The notes beneath the pieces are model-generated. The model did no database searches. It was not told the origin of the DNA and saw nothing but the letters and a program-made list of their open reading frames with translations. Positions 1 through 9,970 of a stretch of DNA of 62,244 nucleotides are shown here, one piece after another. Numbering within the stretch: the first letter of the stretch is position 1; the number at the start of each line of letters is the position of its first letter. Both the position numbers and the translations under genes were made by a program. Origin of the DNA: Acidobacteriota bacterium (GTDB lineage: Bacteria; Acidobacteriota; Vicinamibacteria; Vicinamibacterales; UBA2999); assembly GCA_041178345.1 (NCBI GenBank), contig JBEGVQ010000090.1, positions 1 to 62,244 of the forward strand, given 5' to 3'.

Positions 1-344
1 ACGCCCAGCACAAACTTGGGGCTTCGTATTACATCGGGCAGGGCGTCCCGCAGGACTACGCACAAGCGGTGGCGTGGTATCGCAAAGCGGCTGATCAGGG
101 AGACGCAGACTCGCAGTACAACCTTGGCGTGATGTATCGCAACGGGCAGGGCGTGCCGCAGGACTATGTGGAGTCGCATAAATGGCGCAACCTCGCAGCG
201 TCTCGTGCGTCCGCAGAGAACCAGAAGCGATACGCCGAGGGGCGTGATGCGGTGGCGACACAGATGACGCCTGCTCAACTGGCAGAGGCGCAGCAGCGTG
301 CGAGTGCGTGGCTGGCAGCGTTTGAGAAGCGTGGTGGGAAGTAG
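1..344 (+). CDS. Sel1-like repeat (SLR/TPR) protein, 5'-truncated by window edge
   Basis: Frame is open from base 3: AQHKLGASYYIGQGVPQDYAQAVAWYRKAADQGDADSQYNLGVMYRNGQGVPQDY, i.e. Sel1 repeats, followed by the typical MTPAQLAEAQ tail; stop TAG 342-344. Confidence 0.9.
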   Translation, partial: AQHKLGASYYIGQGVPQDYAQAVAWYRKAADQGDADSQYNLGVMYRNGQGVPQDYVESHKWRNLAASRASAENQKRYAEGRDAVATQMTPAQLAEAQQRASAWLAAFEKRGGK

Positions 345-485
345 ATGACGACGTCACTGACGCGCAGACTTCTTGGCGGGATGCTGGCCCTGCTGCTGCT
401 CACAGCGACTGGCTGTTCCTCTCCGTCCAATACGGCGACTCCTGCTTCCGCTGCGGCAACTGCTTCCACTGCGACGAGTGCCTGA
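345..485 (+). pseudogene. Truncated lipoprotein (signal peptide + lipobox), cut off by IS3 remnant
   Basis: ATG immediately after the Sel1 stop; MTTSLTRRLLGGMLALLLLTATGC (lipobox-like ATGC) then an S/T/A-rich linker that runs into IS3 sequence at ~470 and stops. Confidence 0.55.
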
Positions 486-687
486 ACGAGCACTGGTTCA
501 CGAGCCTCGCGCATGCCCAGGTCGTCATTGAGGCCTGGCGTCGTGAGTACAACGAAGAGCGACCGAAGAAGGGGCTCGGCGGGCTGACGCCCGCCGCCTA
601 CGCACAACAGTTGACGGCGAAGACGAAGACGGCGAAAGTAACCGCCGGACTCTAAAGCCGAGTGCTACTCAAACGGGGTGGACGTCA
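470..687 (+). mobile_element. IS3-family remnant 1: transposase C-terminus + right end
   Basis: 473-655 reads DECLNEHWFTSLAHAQVVIEAWRREYNEERPKKGLGGLTPAAYA (integrase-core C-terminus, IS407-group-like); followed by end-like sequence ...CTACTCAAACGGGGTGGACGTCA ending in CA at 687. Confidence 0.85.
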
Positions 688-826
688 GGTCGACTGGTTC
701 AACCACCGGCGGTTGCTGGAGCCGATCGGCTACCTCCCACCCGCCGAGTATGAAGCGCGCTACTATCAGCAGGCCGCAGTGGCCTGAGTCAACAAACAGG
801 CGCTCCGAGATTCCCGGTACGGTTCA
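688..826 (+). mobile_element. IS3-family remnant 2 (IS51-group-like): transposase C-terminus + right end
   Basis: 689-787 reads VDWFNHRRLLEPIGYLPPAEYEARYY; terminal ...CTCCGAGATTCCCGGTACGGTTCA (reverse complement starts TGAACCG, as in IS51-group IRs). Confidence 0.85.
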
Positions 827-922
827 CATGCCATCGTGCCCACGTTTCGGAAGGTGTCCACGGAAGCGGACCAAGCGCAGTGTGCCTCAGTAGTTGTTGA
901 TGAGTGTCAGGGAGAGAAGAAG

Positions 923-1945
923 ATGGGGAAACGGTTGTCGCGGGTGATGATGGTAATGATGTCGGCCATCGGGTCGGTATCGTGCGCGTCGATGGCGCTG
1001 CTGGAGTCAGACCAGCGCATCTCACTCGATGCGTATGCCGAGTTTGAGACCGGCGACTTCTTGATAGTTGGAGGCCAACGGGTCTCTTTCGATGACGCCA
1101 CGGTCTTCAAAGGCAGTCACGCCGACAGTCTAGGAAAGATTGTCCTGGGTGATGAGGTCAAGGTCAAGGGTGTCCGGTTGGATGACGGTACCGTCCGCGC
1201 GATGGAAGTGGAAGCCAAACCAAATGGAGACGCGCTCTTCGAAGCCGAGACGCTCTCGGTCACCGATGAAATCGAAGCCCTCTGGGTGAAAAAGGGGATG
1301 GTGTTCGAGGGAGAAACCGACGATGACGAACCCACCGAGATCGTGGGGAAGCTACTAACCAAGGGGCGCAAGTTTGACCGGGTGGCCCGGATTACGCGTC
1401 GTCTGTTACCACCCTATCTTGACGAGTCGGCCATTCGTGTCTATCTCGTCGATACGGAGGAATGGAATGCCGCGGCGATGGGCAACGGTGCCGTGTGGAT
1501 TTACACCGGGCTGGTCGATGAGATGTCGGATGACGAACTGGCGGTCGTGATTGGTCACGAGCTGGCACATGTCACCCATGAGCATTCGCGCCGCTCGGCC
1601 AAGGCCGATCTGTGGAGCGAGTTGCTCGGCACGGGCGTGTCGGTCGCTGCGGAGGCTATCAAGAATGACGAGCTGCGGACAGCTGTGCAGGTGGCGGCAA
1701 TGGTGGTGACCATGACCAGCCTGAGCAAGTACAGCCGTGGCCACGAGGACCAGGCGGACCGCATCGGTCTACGTTACGTACATGAAGCCGGCTTCGACGT
1801 GACCGCCGGGCCCAGGGTCTGGGCCCGATTCCAGGAGAAGTACGGCGACGACAACCGGGTGCTCAATGTTTTTCTCGGCAGTCACTCCAGATCCGCCGAT
1901 CGCATTCGCAATCTGGAGGCCGAGCTAAAGCTGAACTATCAGTGA
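923..1945 (+). CDS. M48 family Zn metallopeptidase with N-terminal DUF5666-like domain, probable lipoprotein
   Basis: WNAAAMGNG, DDELAVVIGHELAH (HExxH), YSRGHEDQAD, SH motif; N-terminal GDEVKVKG..DG.V.A.EVE beta domain; signal ending SVSC; ATG 923 after GGAGAG. Confidence 0.85.
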   Translation: MGKRLSRVMMVMMSAIGSVSCASMALLESDQRISLDAYAEFETGDFLIVGGQRVSFDDATVFKGSHADSLGKIVLGDEVKVKGVRLDDGTVRAMEVEAKPNGDALFEAETLSVTDEIEALWVKKGMVFEGETDDDEPTEIVGKLLTKGRKFDRVARITRRLLPPYLDESAIRVYLVDTEEWNAAAMGNGAVWIYTGLVDEMSDDELAVVIGHELAHVTHEHSRRSAKADLWSELLGTGVSVAAEAIKNDELRTAVQVAAMVVTMTSLSKYSRGHEDQADRIGLRYVHEAGFDVTAGPRVWARFQEKYGDDNRVLNVFLGSHSRSADRIRNLEAELKLNYQ

Positions 1946-1987
1946 CTCCAGGCATGCAGTTGAGGGGTTAACTCGAAAGGCATCATC

Positions 1988-3022
1988 TTGAAAGACCTGC
2001 CCCGGCCGTCGCCGATCGTCATCGCACTCGCCGACGATCGCGACCGGCAATCAATCTATGCGATTCGCCACGAGGTCTATGGCAGAGAGTTGGGGCAGCA
2101 CGCCGAGAATGCCGACGGCCTGCTGCGCGACACCGCCAGCTGGCCGCCCAGCTGATGTATGCCGCGCTCCGATACGTTGAATCGCAAGGGGCGACCACCA
2201 TTGCCGCGATCGGGAGGCTGGAAATTCTGAGGCTGTACGAACGGGTGGGGCTGCGGCGTCGCGGCCTTCGCGCTCAGGCCGGCGCCGTGACGTACGAGCT
2301 GATGAGCGCCAATGTCCAGGATATCCGGACGCCCCGTCGGGAGGCTATCATCCGGCGCCTGGAGCGGACCGTCGAATGGCGCATTCCCGCCGTATCCTAC
2401 CGCCATCCGGTCTGTTACCACGGGGGCGCGTTCTGGGAGCGGCTCGGCGAAGGATTCGAGCGCCTTGAGCACTCGCGTCTGGATCGACGAGACCTACGTC
2501 GACTATGTCGGCTCCACCGAATCCCTCGAGGCGTACGCGGCGGCCTCGACACAAGTGCTGGTTTGCAAGTCGATGTCCAAGGTGTACGCCTTGTCCGGCG
2601 TGCGGGCCGCTTACCTGGTGGGGCCCGCCGCCCTCATCGACGAACTGCGTCCGCTGGTGCCGCCCTGGGCGGTCAGCCTGCCGGCGCAGATCGCCGCCTG
2701 CGAGGTGCTGTGCGCGACCCATTACTACGAGTCGAAATGGCGGGATACGCATACGTTGCGAGACGAGCTGCTGCGCGGCCTGGAGCGACTGGGCTGGCAC
2801 GTGACGCCGGGGTGCGCGAACTTCCTGCTGTGCCATCTGCCCACCTCCGGACCGACCGCCGCGGAGCTCTTGGAGGCGGCGCGCGCGCGAGACCTGTTCA
2901 TCAGGAAGGCTGGCCCAATGGGGAGCGACCTTGGCCCTCGCGTCGTGCGCATCGCGGTCAAGGATCGGGCGACGAATGCTCGCGCGCTGGCCATACTCAC
3001 CGAGATCGCGCAGCAGCCCTGA
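1988..3022 (+). pseudogene. GNAT + class I/II PLP aminotransferase (HisC/CobC-like) fusion, broken by two internal deletions/frameshifts
   Basis: Three frames: 1988-~2133 IALADDRDRQSIYAIRHEVYGRELGQ; ~2134-2470 LAAQLMYAALRY...CYHGGAFW; ~2470-3022 VWIDETYVDY...KSMSKVYALSGVRAAY (PLP lysine motif)...ANFLL...RIAVK. Confidence 0.75.
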
Positions 3023-3106
3023 CGCGGTCGCCGGGACACCGCCCGCCGCGGCGCGAGGCCAGACCGTCACAGGGCCTGCCAGACGGAATACGCGGCGCCG
3101 GCCGCG

Positions 3107-3838
3107 TCATGATTCGGGCAGCGCTGTCACGATCGCAGCCCGCGCCTGATCACGAAGAGCGGCGGCGCGTCGGACCGCTGAGGGGTCCGCGGTGATCGCC
3201 CCAAGCACGTGAATGGCCAGGGGAGCCGGTTCAAGCAATCTGCGGTCGCGGGGCAGCATTCGACGTGTGCCGTCGATGGCGACCGGCACGACCGGACACG
3301 ACGTCTTCTCGGCCGTCCGAAACGCGCCCATGTGGAAGGGCAGCAATCCGCGCCGGCCGCGCGTTCCTTCGGGAAACAACAGCAATGGCGTGCCCGACTG
3401 GAGTGTCTTGACCATCGCGCGTGCGCAGGCTGCTCGCGAACGCGCCGAGCCCCGGTCGACGACGAGATGGCCGCTCTTGCGAATGACGGTCCCGAGCAGC
3501 GGACGCCGGGCCGCCAGGTGATTGGCGACGAACCGGTAGTCACCGGGGATGGCTGCAAGCAGCACCACCGAATCGAGAAAGCTCGAGTGGTTCGCCACCA
3601 TCACGATGCCCGTGCCGCTCGGAAGGCTCGGCACTCCCGTCACGATCGGACGGCACCCGCAGAGCGTGGCGATGACACGTGCCCAGTGTTGAGTAAGTCG
3701 ATGCGTCCACCGGGCCGGTGCAATCGCGACCAGCACCCAGAACGGCGGCACCGTGAGCGCGAGCGCCGCGCCCACCCTGGCTGAAAACAGGACCGACATC
3801 AGCCTGGTTGCGAGCAATCGTTCATCCGCTCGACTCAT
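3107..3838 (-). CDS. 1-acyl-sn-glycerol-3-phosphate acyltransferase family (PlsC-like)
   Basis: NHSSFLD (HxxxxD) and FPEGTR motifs, PVVPVAIDG. Confidence 0.9.
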   Translation of the reverse strand: MSRADERLLATRLMSVLFSARVGAALALTVPPFWVLVAIAPARWTHRLTQHWARVIATLCGCRPIVTGVPSLPSGTGIVMVANHSSFLDSVVLLAAIPGDYRFVANHLAARRPLLGTVIRKSGHLVVDRGSARSRAACARAMVKTLQSGTPLLLFPEGTRGRRGLLPFHMGAFRTAEKTSCPVVPVAIDGTRRMLPRDRRLLEPAPLAIHVLGAITADPSAVRRAAALRDQARAAIVTALPES

Positions 3839-3987
3839 CGCAGCCCGCCAGACGCGCCAGCCCGGAGCATCTTTTGCCGTTAACAGTTGAGGCCGCTAAT
3901 GCGGTCTATCGTCGGCACGGCCGCGACGCTCCGCAAATGGGGGCGTCAGGCCGAGCGCGACTGCGGCCAGCGTCCCGGGCTGACCGC

Positions 3988-4047
3988 GACGTGCGGCGGC
4001 TGAAGGAGCTGGAGCGCGAGAAAGGGACCAGAAACGCACGACTGAGG
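3988..4047 (+). mobile_element. Possible tiny IS3 OrfA remnant
   Basis: DVRRLKELERE(KGTR)NARLR resembles the OrfA coiled-coil motif; no intact ORF. Confidence 0.35.
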
Positions 4048-4148
4048 TCGCTCGACAGTTGCGTGTTGGCGATTACGGTCGCGTCGAGGTCGCTCGGCGG
4101 CATCGCTCGAGTATAGCAAGCCGGGTACAATGGCCCCCACCCGCCCAC

Positions 4149-5906
4149 ATGCGTTACTTGCGGATGCTATCCAACTCGGTCATCGCCGGTGGCGTTGCTT
4201 CCGGCTACTTGACCGCCCTTGTCCTGCAGCTCAATCCGTCGGTTCCGCTCGATCCCGCCACCCTGCTGCCGTTGGCCCTGGCCCTGGGCGCGGCCTACGG
4301 CACCAACCTCGCGGTGCTGTTCTACGCGCTGATCGTACTGCGGCAGATTCTCGCCGTCGAAGTGCTCTCGCCCGGGTGGCTGAGCGTGCGTCTGCTGTCG
4401 TGGCTGTGTACCATGGCCGCTGGCACGGGCGCCGGCCTGATGTGGATGAACCTGCGCAGCTTTCGCAGCGTGCTCGATCCCGAGACCGCCAGCCGCATGA
4501 GCATGGGCGCCGGCATGGTCTCGGCCGCCGGCGTCGTGTTCCTCGCCATTGCGCTGGCGCATCTCGGGCGCCGAGGCGGCCGCATGAGCGCCGCGCTGCT
4601 GTCGGTGACCATGCTGCTGTCGGTGGTCCTGCCGATGGTCGCCCGCGGTCCGGCCCGTGCGATGCCGCTGCCGGCGCGGCCCACCACCGCGGTCGCCCAG
4701 CCCGAGGCGTCGCGGGCACAGGCCAACGTCACACTGCTGATGTTTGATGGCGCCACCCTCGACATGATCTCGCCGGCGGTCGCCGCCGGGCGGCTGCCGA
4801 ATCTCGGCCGCATCTTCGACCAAGGCGCGGTGCTGCACCTGGCCACGCTCAGGCCGACCCAGGCCGAGCCGGTGTGGAGCGCAATCGCCACCGGCCGCTA
4901 CCCGATGTCCAACGGCGTGCGATCGGCGGAGGTCTACCGAGTGTTCGGCGGCCCGCCCATCCAGTTGTTGCCCGACTACTGCTTCGCGCAGGCGCTCGTG
5001 AGCTTTGGATTCCTGGCGGCCGAGCCGCTGACCGCCAGTGACCTGACGGCGCGGCCGATCTGGAGCATCTTGAGCGACCATGGCGTGCGGGTCGGCGTGA
5101 TCGGCTGGCCGCTCACGCAGCCGGCGCCCCAGGTTGACGGCTTCGTCGTGAGCGAGTCGTTCCACCGGCTGTCGGAAACCGAGCTGGCGTTCGAGGGCGC
5201 CTCGGCGGTGTGGCCGCCGGAGTTGCTCGCCGACCTGCGGGTGGCCCTGCAGACGCCCGCCGAGCCCGATCCGGTGGCGCTCGTCGCGAACATGGGTGCG
5301 CCGCAACCTGTGAACGACTACGATGCGCGGCGCGATCCGGCGCCGGTGGTCGGCGACCGGGTGCACCTCCAGCTGCTGAACGCCCTCGAGGCGCTGGCGC
5401 CGCGCTTCCTGGCGGCGCGATTCCCCGGCATCGACGCCGTCGGCCACATCTTCCTGCGCTATGCCGACCCGTCAGCCTTCGGCGACGTCTCCGAGGAGGA
5501 GCGGCAGCGTTTTGGACGCGTGCTGGACCAGTACTACGGGTTCATGGACACGCTGATCGGCCGTGAGCTCGACCGGCTGGGACCCGATGGGTTGTTGCTG
5601 GTGGTGTCGGCGTTCGGGATGGAGCCGCTCACGCCGGGCAAGCGCGTGCTGGAACTGATTGCCGGCAATCCGCGGATCAGCGGCACGCACGAACGCGCTC
5701 CCGACGGGTTCGTGCTGGCGTTCGGCCAGCCGATTGCCGCGGGCCGGCCGCCGCGTGCCTCGGTCGTGGACCTGGCGCCGACGCTGCTGTATTTCCTGGG
5801 CCTGCCGGTCGGGCGCGACATGGAAGGCTTTGCGCGCATCGACCTGTTCACGCCCGACTTCACGAGCGACAAGCCGGTCACCTACATCCCGACCTACGGA
5901 CGGTAG
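4149..5906 (+). CDS. Membrane-anchored alkaline phosphatase / type I phosphodiesterase superfamily protein
   Basis: ~6 N-terminal TM helices, then FDGAT...GRLPNL, W..IATG, DAVGH, DLAPTLLYFLGLPV..DMEG. Confidence 0.8.
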   Translation: MRYLRMLSNSVIAGGVASGYLTALVLQLNPSVPLDPATLLPLALALGAAYGTNLAVLFYALIVLRQILAVEVLSPGWLSVRLLSWLCTMAAGTGAGLMWMNLRSFRSVLDPETASRMSMGAGMVSAAGVVFLAIALAHLGRRGGRMSAALLSVTMLLSVVLPMVARGPARAMPLPARPTTAVAQPEASRAQANVTLLMFDGATLDMISPAVAAGRLPNLGRIFDQGAVLHLATLRPTQAEPVWSAIATGRYPMSNGVRSAEVYRVFGGPPIQLLPDYCFAQALVSFGFLAAEPLTASDLTARPIWSILSDHGVRVGVIGWPLTQPAPQVDGFVVSESFHRLSETELAFEGASAVWPPELLADLRVALQTPAEPDPVALVANMGAPQPVNDYDARRDPAPVVGDRVHLQLLNALEALAPRFLAARFPGIDAVGHIFLRYADPSAFGDVSEEERQRFGRVLDQYYGFMDTLIGRELDRLGPDGLLLVVSAFGMEPLTPGKRVLELIAGNPRISGTHERAPDGFVLAFGQPIAAGRPPRASVVDLAPTLLYFLGLPVGRDMEGFARIDLFTPDFTSDKPVTYIPTYGR

Positions 5907-6135
5907 TCGCGGGTGAATCGTGATTGCGCCGGCGTGCCGGTTCGGGCGATCATGCCGCGGTCCCCGGCTGATCGCAGACCATGTTCGTCAATTGTGTCGC
6001 CTATCATCGCGGTCAGAAGCAGAAGGGCCATCAGCGCCCCAAGGCCGAGGAATGCGGTTCCTCGCTCTTTGTCGCGGCGGTCGCGTCGATGGTGCTGCTC
6101 GACATCTACCTGGTGTATCGCTTCAGGAAGGCCGG

Positions 6136-7560
6136 GTGGATGTGATCGGCGACGCGCTCTGTTTCACGAGCGCGCGGGAGCTCGCCGGCCTGGTCAGGTC
6201 GCGGCAGGTCTCGGCGCGCGAGGTGATGTCGGCCTTCCTCGGCCAGATCCGCCGCTTCAACCCGTCGCTCAACGCGATTGTCGCCAGGCTCGACGAGGAC
6301 TCGTGCCTGGCGCTGGCCGACCGCGCCGATCGCGAGCTCGGATCCGGCCGGGCCGTCGGCGCCCTGCACGGTCTTCCGATCGCGTTCAAGGATCTTGAAC
6401 CGGCGGTCGGGTTCCCGTTCACGAAGGGATCGCCGATCTTCAAGGACGTGATGCCGTCCGAAGACTCGGTGATCGTCGAGCGGCTGCGACGCGCCGGGAC
6501 CATTCCGATCGGCAAGACCAACGTGCCGGAATTCGGCATGGGCTCGCACACCTACAACAAGGTTTACGGCACCACTTACAATCCGTACGACCGCACCAAG
6601 AGCGCCGGTGGCTCGAGCGGCGGGGCTGGCGCGGCGCTTGCGGCCGGCCTGCTGCCGCTCGCCGACGGCGGCGACCTGGGCGGCTCGCTCCGCAACCCGG
6701 CCAACTTCAACAACATCGTCGCGCTCCGGCCCACGGTCGGCCTGGTGCCGATTGCGCCGGCGGCCTTGCCCCTGGTCGGCGTGTCGGTCAAGGGGCCGAT
6801 GGCGCGGTCGGTGGCCGACGCGGCGTTCATGCTGAGCGTGATCGCCGGCGAAGACGGCCGCGATCCCCAGTCATATCCGTCGAACCCGCAAGATTTCACG
6901 CAGCCGCTCGATCGCGACTGGAAGGGCGTGCGGGTGGCGTGGTCGCCAGACCTGGGCGGGCTGCCCCTCGACCGGCGCGTGCGCGCCGTGCTCGAATCCC
7001 AACGACGCACCTTCGAAGACCTCGGCTGCATCGTCGAAGAGGCCACGCCGGACTTCAGTGATGTGGACGAGATTTTCCTGACCTTGCGGTCGTGGGCGAA
7101 CTGGAACACCAACGGCGCGCTGCTGGCGGAGCATCGCGCGGTGATGAAGCCCGAGGCGATTTGGGATATCGAGGCTGGCGCCCAGTTGAGCGGTGACGAC
7201 GTCGCGAAGGTGATTATCAAGCACGGCGCGTTGCTCGAGCGGATGCGCGTGTTCCAGGAGAAGTATTCGTTCTTGGTGTGCGCGGTTAACCAGGTGCCGC
7301 CATTCGACGCGCACCTGGATTGGCCGAAGTCGATCGAGGGCGTGACGATGGACACCTACGTGGCGTGGATGAAGTCCGCGTATTGGATCTCGACCACGTG
7401 CCGTCCCGCGATCTCGGTGCCGGCGGGATTTACGCCCGAGGGTCTGCCGGTCGGCATCCAGATCGTGGGTCGGCATCGTGACGACCTGGGCGTGTTGCGG
7501 CTAGGACACGCGTTTGAGCAAGCGACAGGCGTCGGGAAGCGGCGACCCGAAGGAGCTTAG
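6136..7560 (+). CDS. Amidase (amidase signature family)
   Basis: GLPIAFKD, GKTNVPEFG, GGSSGG, DLGGSLRNPA, GLPVGIQIVG; start GTG chosen after AGGAAGG (ORF track extends to 5920). Confidence 0.92.
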   Translation: MDVIGDALCFTSARELAGLVRSRQVSAREVMSAFLGQIRRFNPSLNAIVARLDEDSCLALADRADRELGSGRAVGALHGLPIAFKDLEPAVGFPFTKGSPIFKDVMPSEDSVIVERLRRAGTIPIGKTNVPEFGMGSHTYNKVYGTTYNPYDRTKSAGGSSGGAGAALAAGLLPLADGGDLGGSLRNPANFNNIVALRPTVGLVPIAPAALPLVGVSVKGPMARSVADAAFMLSVIAGEDGRDPQSYPSNPQDFTQPLDRDWKGVRVAWSPDLGGLPLDRRVRAVLESQRRTFEDLGCIVEEATPDFSDVDEIFLTLRSWANWNTNGALLAEHRAVMKPEAIWDIEAGAQLSGDDVAKVIIKHGALLERMRVFQEKYSFLVCAVNQVPPFDAHLDWPKSIEGVTMDTYVAWMKSAYWISTTCRPAISVPAGFTPEGLPVGIQIVGRHRDDLGVLRLGHAFEQATGVGKRRPEGA

Positions 7561-7567
7561 CTGGCGG

Positions 7568-7903
7568 TCACGAACCCAGGATGCGCTCCAGCAGCACGTC
7601 CATCAGGTTGCGACGGCCGTCGATGACGCCGTGAATCTCGACGCGATCGCGGCTAGCAATGCGGTAGAGAATCCGCCAAGGGCGTTCCTGTAGCTCTCGC
7701 CAGGTCTGGTCGCCAATCGATCGCAGCTCCGGTGGCGTGCGGCCCCGCTCTGGCAGTCGTCCGAGTGACTCCGCCCGGCTGATGACTCGTTCGAGAATGG
7801 CGTCGGCCCGGCCTGGGGATTCGTCCACCAGGTAAGCCGCCAGCCTCTCCACGTCGGCCAGCGCAACTGCCGTCCACACCACCGTGTAGCGCCGAGCGCT
7901 CAT
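7568..7903 (-). CDS. Type II toxin, RelE/ParE family
   Basis: YTVVWTAVALADVE...LPERGRTPPEL...RELQERPWRILYRI...V.IHGVIDGRR; overlaps the antitoxin stop. Confidence 0.88.
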   Translation of the reverse strand: MSARRYTVVWTAVALADVERLAAYLVDESPGRADAILERVISRAESLGRLPERGRTPPELRSIGDQTWRELQERPWRILYRIASRDRVEIHGVIDGRRNLMDVLLERILGS

Positions 7904-8184
7904 TGCTCCTGGAAGCGTCGCAAGGCCGCCTGGGCGCGGCGCCGTACTTCTGCGGTCGAGTAGGTCTTCTCACCCTTGGCGAGCGAGTCCTGGCTTTGGG
8001 CGAGCAGCTTGAGCATGGCCAACGTGTCCTGGAGCTGGTCGTGCCGGCGAATGTCCATCACGACGACCCGCGGGGTACCGTTCTGGGTGATCACGACGGT
8101 CTCGCCGCTCTCGGCGACCTCCTGCACCAGCTCTTTCGTCCGGTTCTTGAGGTCGGTGATGGGCCTGACGTTCTTGCCTTTCAT
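7900..8184 (-). CDS. Type II antitoxin, Phd/YefM family
   Basis: VRPITDLKNRTKELVQEV...TVVITQNGTPRVVVMD. Confidence 0.9.
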   Translation of the reverse strand: MKGKNVRPITDLKNRTKELVQEVAESGETVVITQNGTPRVVVMDIRRHDQLQDTLAMLKLLAQSQDSLAKGEKTYSTAEVRRRAQAALRRFQEQ

Positions 8185-8250
8185 AGGTCAGAATATAGCA
8201 CTCTATTAAGGCCTTCACGCGACCTTGCCGACCGGCTAGGCTGTGCCGTG

Positions 8251-8367
8251 ATGGCACCCTCGCTCCCGCTCTCTCCCCGATCACCGTCGGCCCAACTGGC
8301 GTCGTTCATCGCGCGCTTCCCGCCGCCGATCCGCCGCTCGATCGCAAGGCCAGGCGCCGGATGCTGA
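8251..8367 (+). pseudogene. Short ORF, possible N-terminal remnant of a DUF1801-like protein
   Basis: SPSAQLASFIARFPPPI resembles the start of DUF1801-type proteins; TAGGCT -10-like hexamer just upstream. Confidence 0.3.
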
Positions 8368-8443
8368 TCAAGCAGGTCTCCAGGGGCACCAAGGTTGGGG
8401 CATGGTGATATAGTTCTCAGCAACCTGCGGAGGCGACTCCGCT

Positions 8444-8479
8444 CTCTTTAAACGCGGACCTGCGAGTTCGCAAAGAGGT
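8444..8479 (+). promoter_or_regulatory. PyrR-binding RNA hairpin overlapping the pyrR ribosome-binding site
   Basis: CTCTTTAA-AC-GCGGAC-CTGCGA-GTTCGC-AAAGAG-GT: CUUUAA element, CNGNGA hexaloop, 3' strand contains the GAGG SD; TGaTATAGT extended -10 at 8406-8414. Confidence 0.8.
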
Positions 8480-8483
8480 GAAT

Positions 8484-9020
8484 ATGCCGGTTGTCATGGA
8501 TGCCGAGCGCATCTCGCGCGCGCTCACCCGCATCGCCCACGAAATTCTCGAGCACAATCGCGGCCTGGCCAACCTCGCCCTCGTTGGCGTCCGCAGCCGC
8601 GGCGTGCCCATCGCGCACCGCATCGCCAGCGACATCCTCCACCTCACGACGGAAGAAGTCGCCGTCGGCGCCCTCGACATCACGCTCTACCGCGACGACC
8701 TGATGGGTGCCTCGGTCGGTATTTCGCCGCTGGTCCGCAAGACCGAGATTCCGTTCTCCATCGACGGCCGCACCATCGTGCTGGTGGACGACGTGCTCTA
8801 CACGGGGAGGACGACGCGGGCGGCGCTCGACGCGCTGACGGACTTTGGCCGCCCCAAGTCGATCCAGCTGGTGGTGCTGGTCGATCGCGGTCACCGCGAG
8901 CTGCCGATCAAGGCCGACTACGTCGGCAAGAACGTGCCGACGTCGCGGCAGGAAAGCGTGCAGGTCCACCTGCGCGAGCTCGACGGCGTGGACGAAGTGC
9001 TGCTCGAGGGGAAGGCCTGA
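8484..9020 (+). CDS. pyrR: Bifunctional pyr operon regulator / uracil phosphoribosyltransferase PyrR
   Basis: [56 protein letters not shown]. Confidence 0.97.
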   Translation: MPVVMDAERISRALTRIAHEILEHNRGLANLALVGVRSRGVPIAHRIASDILHLTTEEVAVGALDITLYRDDLMGASVGISPLVRKTEIPFSIDGRTIVLVDDVLYTGRTTRAALDALTDFGRPKSIQLVVLVDRGHRELPIKADYVGKNVPTSRQESVQVHLRELDGVDEVLLEGKA

Positions 9021-9970
9021 TGCTGACCGCCCTCAAGCACCGGCACCTGCTCGGCATCGCCGACCTGAGCCCGGAAGAGATCGTGCTCGTGCTCGACACC
9101 GCCGAGGCCATGAAAGAAGTGGGGCAGCGCGCCATCAAGAAGGTGCCCACCCTGCGCGGCCGCACGGTGATTAACCTGTTCTTTGAGCCCAGCACGCGCA
9201 CGCGCACCTCGTTCGAGATCGCCGAGAAGCGCCTCAGCGCCGACACGCTCAACGTCGCCATTGCCTCGTCCAGCGTGGTGAAGGGCGAGACGCTGGTTGA
9301 CACCGCCATGAACCTGGAGGCCCTGGCGCCGAGCATGATCGTGCTGCGGCATGCGTCCTCCGGCGCGTGTCACCTGCTGTCGCGCATTTGCAAGGCGGCG
9401 ATCGTCAACGCCGGCGACGGCATGCACGAGCATCCCACCCAGGCGTTGCTCGACGCGTTCACCATCCGCGAACGCAAGCCAAGGCTCGCCGGGCTCAAGA
9501 TCGCCATTGTCGGGGACCTGCTCCACAGCCGCGTGTTGCGGTCGAACGTGCTGTTGTTGACCAAGCTCGGCGCGGATGTCTGGGTGTGCGCGCCGGCGAC
9601 GCTGATTCCGCCGGGGCTGAAGCAGATGGGCGTGACGGTCACGACGCGCGTCGAGGAAGCCGTGGAAGGCGCCGACGTGATCATGATGCTGCGCATCCAG
9701 CTCGAGCGCATGCAGGGGGCCTACTTCCCGTCGCAGCGCGAGTATTTCCGGACTTTCGGCATGACCGAGGCGCGGGTCGCGCGGGCCAAGTCCGACGTCA
9801 TCATCATGCACCCCGGGCCCATCAACCGCGGGGTGGAAATCGCCTCGGAAGTCGCCGATGGCGCCTCGTCGGTCATCCTCGACCAGGTCGCCAACGGGGT
9901 CGCCGTGCGCATGGCGGTGCTCTACCTGCTGGCCGGGGGCGGGGAAGCCGAGGCCGTCCGGGCCGATTGA
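9020..9970 (+). CDS. pyrB: Aspartate carbamoyltransferase catalytic subunit
   Basis: [47 protein letters not shown]. Confidence 0.97.
   Translation: MLTALKHRHLLGIADLSPEEIVLVLDTAEAMKEVGQRAIKKVPTLRGRTVINLFFEPSTRTRTSFEIAEKRLSADTLNVAIASSSVVKGETLVDTAMNLEALAPSMIVLRHASSGACHLLSRICKAAIVNAGDGMHEHPTQALLDAFTIRERKPRLAGLKIAIVGDLLHSRVLRSNVLLLTKLGADVWVCAPATLIPPGLKQMGVTVTTRVEEAVEGADVIMMLRIQLERMQGAYFPSQREYFRTFGMTEARVARAKSDVIIMHPGPINRGVEIASEVADGASSVILDQVANGVAVRMAVLYLLAGGGEAEAVRAD

Noticed and set aside
2312-3022. Programmed frameshift producing an intact aminotransferase
   Set aside because: Large parts of both domains are missing and no slippery sequence is visible at the junctions; deletion is the simpler explanation
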